NCBI GenBank assembly: GCA_050259595.1
Contig: JBLNAX010000096.1
Span: 2,734-66,733, forward strand
Reading direction: 5' to 3'
Source of the DNA: Acidobacteriota bacterium
GTDB taxonomy: Bacteria > Bacillota > Syntrophomonadia > Syntrophomonadales > DTU052
Length of the DNA stretch: 64,000 nucleotides
Below the pieces are notes generated by a model. That model was not told the origin of the DNA and searched no databases. It saw nothing but the letters and a program-made list of their open reading frames with translations. Below are positions 57,980-64,000 of this stretch, piece after piece. The number at the start of each line of letters is the position of its first letter. Position 1 is the first letter of the stretch. Position numbers and translations under genes: made by a program.

Positions 57980-59736
57980 TTATGGAATAGCCAAAGGGCT
58001 GAGCCTCCAAATGCCATTTACTAATGCTGCTTCATACCGACAACTGTGTATCTTCCATGTCGTACCCTGAAAATAACTGTAAGAAACCCAAACAACCGCA
58101 CTTGTTCCATTGTAACTATCGAAACTGCACCCTATCACAGTCCCTCTATTATTTGGATTATTTATATAGTTTATTTGATTGCCATCATTTTCAAAGACAT
58201 TTGAAGATTGTTGGCGAAGTTCTTTAATTATTGCTTCTGTTTCCTTGGTGCTTACTACGGCTATTTGATCAAAACTGATGGCAATGTATTCATTTCCGCC
58301 ATTGTTGGTTTTATAACCAGTCTTTATGGCGGTAAGTAATAGGTTTACCATCCTCTGATCGGTGCTGTTCAGTGCTAGTATTTTTCCCTTCTTGACGACC
58401 TTATCCGTGATAAAACGGCCCTTGTGATCAATAGTACCCTGACGCCCGTTCAGCCACACCGCCGCTCGACTATTCTTAAATGCCGCAGCATCATCGAATT
58501 GTGGACTGATGATTACATTGCCTTTCAGATCTATGTATCCCCATTTCCACGGGGAAATATATGACCGGACAGGGGCCACCCCTTCAGAATACACCCCGGC
58601 TTCCATGAATCTTGGTAGTATGGCCCAATTCCCGTTCTGATCCAGATACCCGACCTTGCGTGAAGTAAAGGAATAATATCCTACCCAGCCGGCTTTCGGC
58701 GGATAAGGCGTAAATTGGCCGTGAATGTTAACCAGACCGTTTACTCTCTTTATCGTCTGTACATCAGCGTAGCCGTTGTGAAATGACGAATTGACATAAC
58801 CAAAGCGCGGATTAATAATCATATTTCCAGCTTTGTCGATGAACCCCCATCGAGGATATGTTTCGGTACCTGCATCTACTGCAGCCAAGTTTTCTGAGAA
58901 TGGAAATACCCAATTATACTGAGGCTTGATGACTATTTGTCCGCTGGTATTAATAAAGCCCCACTTTTCACCGAACAAGTCGACAATGCGAACGGCTGCC
59001 ATTCCCTCCGAGAAATTAGCGGCACCATCAAAGCGCGGCTGTATTTCGATTGTGCCCTCTTTGTTTATGTAGCCGATGTGCTCATCGGGAGAGTTTGTCC
59101 ATCTAAAGGCGGCTAACCCATCATAGAATTCTCTGAGATCGCCATATTTGCATTTGATCACTGTTTGGCCTTGAGCATCAATAAATCCCCATTTGTCGAA
59201 CATTCTAACTGCGGCCAACCCATCAGAAAAGCTGCGGGCCTCGTCATATAAAGGTTCAATGATCCAGTTTCCCGTTCGATCTATATATCCCCATAAACCG
59301 TCCTGCTCACTGCGGCCAAGCCTTCGGAAAATTCCAGGGCGGCATCATATTGCGGGGGAATGGCATAAGAACCGGTGGTATCGATGAAACCAAAGATCTT
59401 ATTGCCGGCTGGGGCTAACCCCTCGGAAAATTTGCCAAACCGTTCACCGTTTCTTGCTTTAAAAATTTTTTCATATCCCTGGGCATTGAAAAAGCTGTCA
59501 AAATATTTATTGCCCAATGTAACAACTGTGCCATTATCAAGAACACACCATACATCATGGGTCTTTGGTGAAAGATAAACGGTTTGTCCGTCCTCGGGTA
59601 TGACGATAGCTGTGGCGGGAGTCAGAATACTCACAGGCTTGGGGGCGGCTGTAACAGCTGGTGCCAATAATATGGCAGTAATTATTGAAAAGATCAGCAG
59701 AATCCTTGAAATCCTTCGGGTCCGTTTTGGGGGCAT
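57980..59736 (-). pseudogene. WG-repeat (KWG) secreted protein interrupted by a 1-nt frameshift at about 59306
   Basis: Both ORF pieces carry F[SY]EGLAAV...WG[YF]I[DN]..G..II.P.[FY] repeats; adding one base at GTG-AG-CAG restores AAV-x-QDGLWGYIDRTGNWIIEPLYDEARSFSDGLAAVR. Confidence 0.85.
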
Positions 59737-59857
59737 AAATTTCACTTCCTGTTCTAAGAAATTATTAAACACTATAGATAAATATTCCATTCTAGTTAGA
59801 CGTTATCCATATCCAAAAAGATCCACAAACTAGAATGAAAAGAGAGGGAATTAGAAT

Positions 59858-59898
59858 AAAACCGGCTTGCTGCTCTAATGAGCAGCAAGCCGGTTTTT
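59858..59898. repeat. Long perfect inverted repeat in a divergent intergenic region
   Basis: AAAACCGGCTTGCTGCTC-TAAT-GAGCAGCAAGCCGGTTTT. Confidence 0.75.
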
Positions 59899-60048
59899 GG
59901 GTGATTGTTATGATCGCCTAATGCATAATATACTTAATGGTCTGTCCCCAACCTTGTATTTACTCATTTCACTCTTTTAGGAAGTGTTATGCTTAGTGTA
60001 ATTAAGTGCTATGTATTGGCGTATGTTTTTTGATTGGAAGTGGTTAGT

Positions 60049-60222
60049 GTGAAGTATATTATTCTGGGATTGATTCTATTAGCCATCGGTTACGTATTTG
60101 TAAGGTTCCGGTCACAGAATCGATTCCTATGTGACAACTGTGCATATGACTATGACAGGGCCTGCACCAATCGTGAAAGACCAAATGCCAAGAATTGTTC
60201 CGAATATCGCAAGAGAGGGTAA
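60049..60222 (+). CDS. Small membrane-anchored four-Cys protein
   Basis: One TM helix then C-x2-C-x7-C-x10-C; GTG start. Confidence 0.6.
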   Translation: MKYIILGLILLAIGYVFVRFRSQNRFLCDNCAYDYDRACTNRERPNAKNCSEYRKRG

Positions 60223-60315
60223 GCATACATGCTTTATTTTGGGGATTTGAGGATGGTTGCATTGATTCGGTTATAATATATACCGAATTGCTTATGCATG
60301 GCTTAAGGAGATAAT

Positions 60316-61890
60316 ATGTCAACTGCCGGCAAGAACATAGCCAAAGCCGCCGGATTTATGATGGTTACGACGATAATCGCCCGTCTTCTAGGGCTGGTTC
60401 GCGACCAGATATTCACCGCCTGGTTTGGCCGCAATCATCTGACTGATGCTTACAGTGCGGCCTTTTCTATACCTGACCTGGTTTACATGCTGCTGGTTGG
60501 GGGAGCCTTAAGCTCGGCCTTTATACCGGTATTCAGTAAATACCTGGCTTTGGATCAGGAAGAAGAAGCCTGGAAAGTAGCCAGTATCATGCTGAATGTC
60601 ACGGTGGTTTTCCTGCTGGTTATCATAATTGTGGCGGAAATATATACAAGGCCTTTAGTTAAGGCCCTAGTTCCTGGCCTGCCCCCGGATATGATCAACG
60701 TGGGGGTGACCTTGACCCGGATCATGTTCATTCAGACCTTCATCATGGCCTTAAATGGATTAGCTCTGGGTATTCTTAATTCCAAACAACATTTTACTTC
60801 ACCGGCTATTGGCTCTATCGTTTATAACGTAGGGATCATTGGGATGGGTCTAGCGCTTTCACACAAAATAGGCATCATGGGCTTTGCCATTGGCGTCGTC
60901 ACCGGCGCACTGCTGAACCTAGCAGTGCAGATACCGGCATTGCTGAGAACCCGGCCTAAATATCATTTTTCATTTGATGTACGCCATCCCGGATTTAAGC
61001 AGATGATGATCCTGATGCTCCCGGTATTAGTCGGCCTGTCGGTGACCCAGCTCAACCTCTTCGTGACCCAGAACAAGGCCTCGGACCTGGCCGCTGGTTC
61101 TATTTCCGCACTGCGTTTAGCTCAGCGGATAATGCAGATGCCTATCGGGGTGTTTGGTATATCCATCGCTATGGCCATCTTCCCCTCTATGAACGCGCAG
61201 GTGGCGCGCATGGACCTGGCCGAGTTTAAGCGCACAGTATCACTGGGATTGCGGGCTATGTTTCTCATTACAATTCCCTCGGCTGCAGGCTTGATAGCCT
61301 TGAAAGGACCGATCATCCAGCTCTTGTTTCAGTTCGGAAAATTCCATGCTACCGATGCTGCGGCTACGGCGGTGGCTTTGATGTTTTACTCGTTTGGCTT
61401 GTTTGCCTACAGTGCCCTGCAGCTTCTAAATCGCGTGTTTTACTCGCTCAAAGATACTGTTACACCGGTCGTCACCGGGGTAATTTCCATAGCTTTGAAT
61501 ATTGGTCTCTCGATAGTGCTAGTCCAATATCTCCAACACCGGGGCTTAGCCCTGGCCTACTCGCTGGCAGGGATCATAAACATGTTGATGCTGTTGGTGA
61601 TCTTTAAATGGCGTATGAAGACGATCGATGGGGCAAGGATAGCTCGTGGTTTCATTATCTCACTACTGGCAGCGGGCATAATGTTTGTACCCACATACCT
61701 TATTGGCGAGTTCCTACTGGCCAACCTGCATCTGACTCCGAAACTGGACCAGTTGATCACCGTGCTGGTGGGTATTGCCGTGGGAACCATGATCTACGGA
61801 TTCGTGATACTTAAGTTTAAACTTGAGGAAGCACAAATGATCCTGGATATGATGAAGAAGCGTTTTCCCCGGTTGAGTTTTCTAGGCTAA
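60316..61890 (+). CDS. murJ: Lipid II flippase MurJ/MviN
   Basis: RLLGLVRD, DAYSAAFSIPD, GGALSSAFIPVF, RIMQMPIGVFG, FYSLKDTVTP. Confidence 0.93.
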   Translation: MSTAGKNIAKAAGFMMVTTIIARLLGLVRDQIFTAWFGRNHLTDAYSAAFSIPDLVYMLLVGGALSSAFIPVFSKYLALDQEEEAWKVASIMLNVTVVFLLVIIIVAEIYTRPLVKALVPGLPPDMINVGVTLTRIMFIQTFIMALNGLALGILNSKQHFTSPAIGSIVYNVGIIGMGLALSHKIGIMGFAIGVVTGALLNLAVQIPALLRTRPKYHFSFDVRHPGFKQMMILMLPVLVGLSVTQLNLFVTQNKASDLAAGSISALRLAQRIMQMPIGVFGISIAMAIFPSMNAQVARMDLAEFKRTVSLGLRAMFLITIPSAAGLIALKGPIIQLLFQFGKFHATDAAATAVALMFYSFGLFAYSALQLLNRVFYSLKDTVTPVVTGVISIALNIGLSIVLVQYLQHRGLALAYSLAGIINMLMLLVIFKWRMKTIDGARIARGFIISLLAAGIMFVPTYLIGEFLLANLHLTPKLDQLITVLVGIAVGTMIYGFVILKFKLEEAQMILDMMKKRFPRLSFLG

Positions 61891-61954
61891 CCTGGTATCA
61901 GCAGAGGCATTCTACATCATCTTTTGTTGTTCATGCTTTTACTATTAGATCAAG

Positions 61955-62530
61955 ATGGATGAGGTTATGAAGTCTTTTGAGACACTTGGTATTTTTTTGT
62001 TCGTGTTTATTGAAAATCTAGGGATTCCTTTTCCTACTGAAGGTGGATATGTTTTAGCGACATTGATGATAAAGGCTGGTTATCCGTATTGGATGATGCA
62101 GGTCATTTTACTTGCAGGACATATGGCGGGGAGTATATTGGCTTATTTTCTTGGCTTATCGAGCCATGATTTTGTGATGAGGCGGTTTAGTCAAAACCAA
62201 AGTTTTACTAGAGCCAGTGAGTGGTTGACCGGGTGGTACGACAAACACGGCTCAGTGACCGTGTTTGTAGCCCGGTTTGTTGGATATATACGCCCCTGGT
62301 CTTCGCTGGTTGCCGGTTTTGCTGAGGTTAACGTTAATTCCTTTGTTTTTTGGACTTTTAGCGGCTCACTGATATTCAATCTGGCTTTTATTGAATTGAA
62401 TCTTAGGTTTCTCAAATTGTATCAATCTCACGGCATATATTTCAAAATTCTCATGATTGCTTTGATCGTATTATCCTTTAGTGCCGTTTTCCTGGCTAAA
62501 TACCTGCTGCCGAGAAAATCAAAGCTGTGA
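61955..62530 (+). CDS. DedA family membrane protein
   Basis: ENLGIPFPTE, GSILAYFLG, VFVARFVGYIR, LVAG. Confidence 0.9.
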   Translation: MDEVMKSFETLGIFLFVFIENLGIPFPTEGGYVLATLMIKAGYPYWMMQVILLAGHMAGSILAYFLGLSSHDFVMRRFSQNQSFTRASEWLTGWYDKHGSVTVFVARFVGYIRPWSSLVAGFAEVNVNSFVFWTFSGSLIFNLAFIELNLRFLKLYQSHGIYFKILMIALIVLSFSAVFLAKYLLPRKSKL

Positions 62531-62532
62531 TG

Positions 62533-63381
62533 CTAGATAATGTGCAGATCTCCATCATAGGTCACCACCAGTGAATCTACAGAATAAGCTTTAGGCATTT
62601 CCTTGAACACCGTAAAATCCTCATTCATACCGCCTTCTAAAACAGAAGTGACCTTGCCATCAGGGTCAAGCTGGCCAATATATATGGTGTCAGATTTATC
62701 TACGCCCAATAGTGCATACTGGCCATCAGTCGGTGAGACCTGCTTAACAGCGCCTTTGTACCTGACATAAACCTTGTTTTTGGTGGTGCTATCATAAACC
62801 AGAGCATCTTTGCTCTTTAAACTGCCGATTTTGCCAATCCACTGGGTCGTTTTCACTTTGCTGATATTGTTGTTGGCGTCCACCCTGTAGACCATGGCTT
62901 TTTCATGACTTTTGATGCAAAGATATATGACATTGGTGGCGGTTGAGAACGTAACATCGGCTATCCGAGATTGTTTCGGCAATCCTTTGATACTGGGTTC
63001 TTCAGGCTGGCTGCCGGTTTCCAGGTTGATTGGTTTGAGTATTACGGTTGTTGTGTTCTTGCCCTCTTTATTAATGCCCACCAGCGCCACATATCGGTCA
63101 GGCAGCCAGGAGAAGTAGGTGATACTCTCTTTTTCATTCAGGTCCAGGTGGTATTTTGATTCATTGCTTTGAGATTTGAGTATATCCAATCCATTTGCCG
63201 ATGTTCTGGCTACATAGGCTCCATCGTACGATATGAGGTTGGTAGCACCGGTTTTTTGATACGTTTCAACCAGGTTCTGCGAAAAACTTACCGATGGAAC
63301 TAGTAGTACGCGGTCCGCGTATGTGTATATCGAAAGTTGAAATATAATTATTACAATAAGCCATTGGGCCAGCTTTTTCAT
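62533..63381 (-). CDS. Hypothetical membrane-anchored protein
   Basis: N-terminal TM, beta-rich body; GGAGTGG RBS; operonic with the upstream gene. Confidence 0.75.
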   Translation of the reverse strand: MKKLAQWLIVIIIFQLSIYTYADRVLLVPSVSFSQNLVETYQKTGATNLISYDGAYVARTSANGLDILKSQSNESKYHLDLNEKESITYFSWLPDRYVALVGINKEGKNTTTVILKPINLETGSQPEEPSIKGLPKQSRIADVTFSTATNVIYLCIKSHEKAMVYRVDANNNISKVKTTQWIGKIGSLKSKDALVYDSTTKNKVYVRYKGAVKQVSPTDGQYALLGVDKSDTIYIGQLDPDGKVTSVLEGGMNEDFTVFKEMPKAYSVDSLVVTYDGDLHII

Positions 63382-63394
63382 GTCACCACTCCAT

Positions 63395-64000
63395 CTATTT
63401 TACGATAAAAGCCGTAGGTATCTGGCGTTCACCCAGGATGTCACATGGACGATTGATAACTTTGCCGCTGTAATACATGGTTGTGCTGGAGCCGCCGTCG
63501 AGATTGACTGCCGTGACTGCACCGTTTTCATATAAAATGTCCTGAACATCTACTATAGTTGCTCCTAATGAATGCTGAAGCTGACGTCCATCGATTACCA
63601 GCAGTAGGATAGTGCCATCTTCTGTCTGACCTAGCGCAGTCCGTGGAGCTATTCCCCAGCCTCCGTCACCCTCGCTTATCTGCTTGTCCCCGTTTAGGAT
63701 CAGCGGAGGCCCGAAGGATATGCCTTCCTTAATGTGCATTTCTTTGATTTCCTCAACTGTATACTTGCCTGCCACCAGAAGTCCGTCGTCGGTGAGCCCG
63801 GCTAGCTGCACTTTGCCCTGGCAGTCTTCGCCGGCCAAGAATTCTCCGTCGTGAATAACCACGCCATAAGGTAAACGGCCGGTTCCGGTACCATGCGGAT
63901 CAATAAAACCACCGGCGTTGACCGAGGCAATAGCGTTGTTTTCCCGAGCGATCTGGCTGGTGGTCTGGCCTTTTATACCCATGCTGGACGCAGGCGCCAA
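63395..64000 (-). CDS. Phosphodiester glycosidase family (NAGPA/EpsL-like); 5' part outside the window
   Basis: VNAGGF, SFGPPLI, PRTALGQ, VIDGRQ, NLDGGSST. Confidence 0.92.
   Translation of the reverse strand: MAPASSMGIKGQTTSQIARENNAIASVNAGGFIDPHGTGTGRLPYGVVIHDGEFLAGEDCQGKVQLAGLTDDGLLVAGKYTVEEIKEMHIKEGISFGPPLILNGDKQISEGDGGWGIAPRTALGQTEDGTILLLVIDGRQLQHSLGATIVDVQDILYENGAVTAVNLDGGSSTTMYYSGKVINRPCDILGERQIPTAFIVK

Noticed and set aside
1-64000. CRISPR arrays, tRNA/rRNA, IS elements, prophage or defence systems
   Set aside because: I saw no regularly spaced repeats, cloverleafs, transposase/integrase motifs or defence domains; repeats are confined to protein domains (FN3, WG, Ig, SLH).

Overview
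Chromosomal window from a probably anaerobic, spore-forming Bacillota (inferred from SLH proteins, an ECF transporter, SigH-like promoters and GGAGG ribosome-binding sites). It holds about 55 CDS; I saw no rRNA, tRNA, CRISPR array or mobile element. Recognisable blocks are a cobalamin-riboswitch-controlled 7-gene B12 capture/ECF operon (7.3-15.5 kb), a split-transketolase plus RuBisCO-like-protein operon (27.4-30.4 kb), a sigma54-driven YtkA/FixG-like pair, an RND efflux pair, a Moco riboswitch upstream of xdhC, and many secreted or S-layer proteins. Most unusual observations: (1) the transketolase next to a KDDH-type RLP lacks several canonical active-site His/Asp residues, suggesting an undescribed methylthio-/deoxy-pentulose cleavage route; (2) a secreted caspase/CHAT-fold protease lies next to a small secreted peptide with three G[AP]DxxPT repeats; (3) four matching Crp/Fnr class-II promoters link that pair to an FN3 protein and a candidate sRNA; (4) two split transcobalamin-like alpha/beta pairs; (5) a tandem double chemoreceptor. 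All family calls come from motif recognition by eye; no database search was run.
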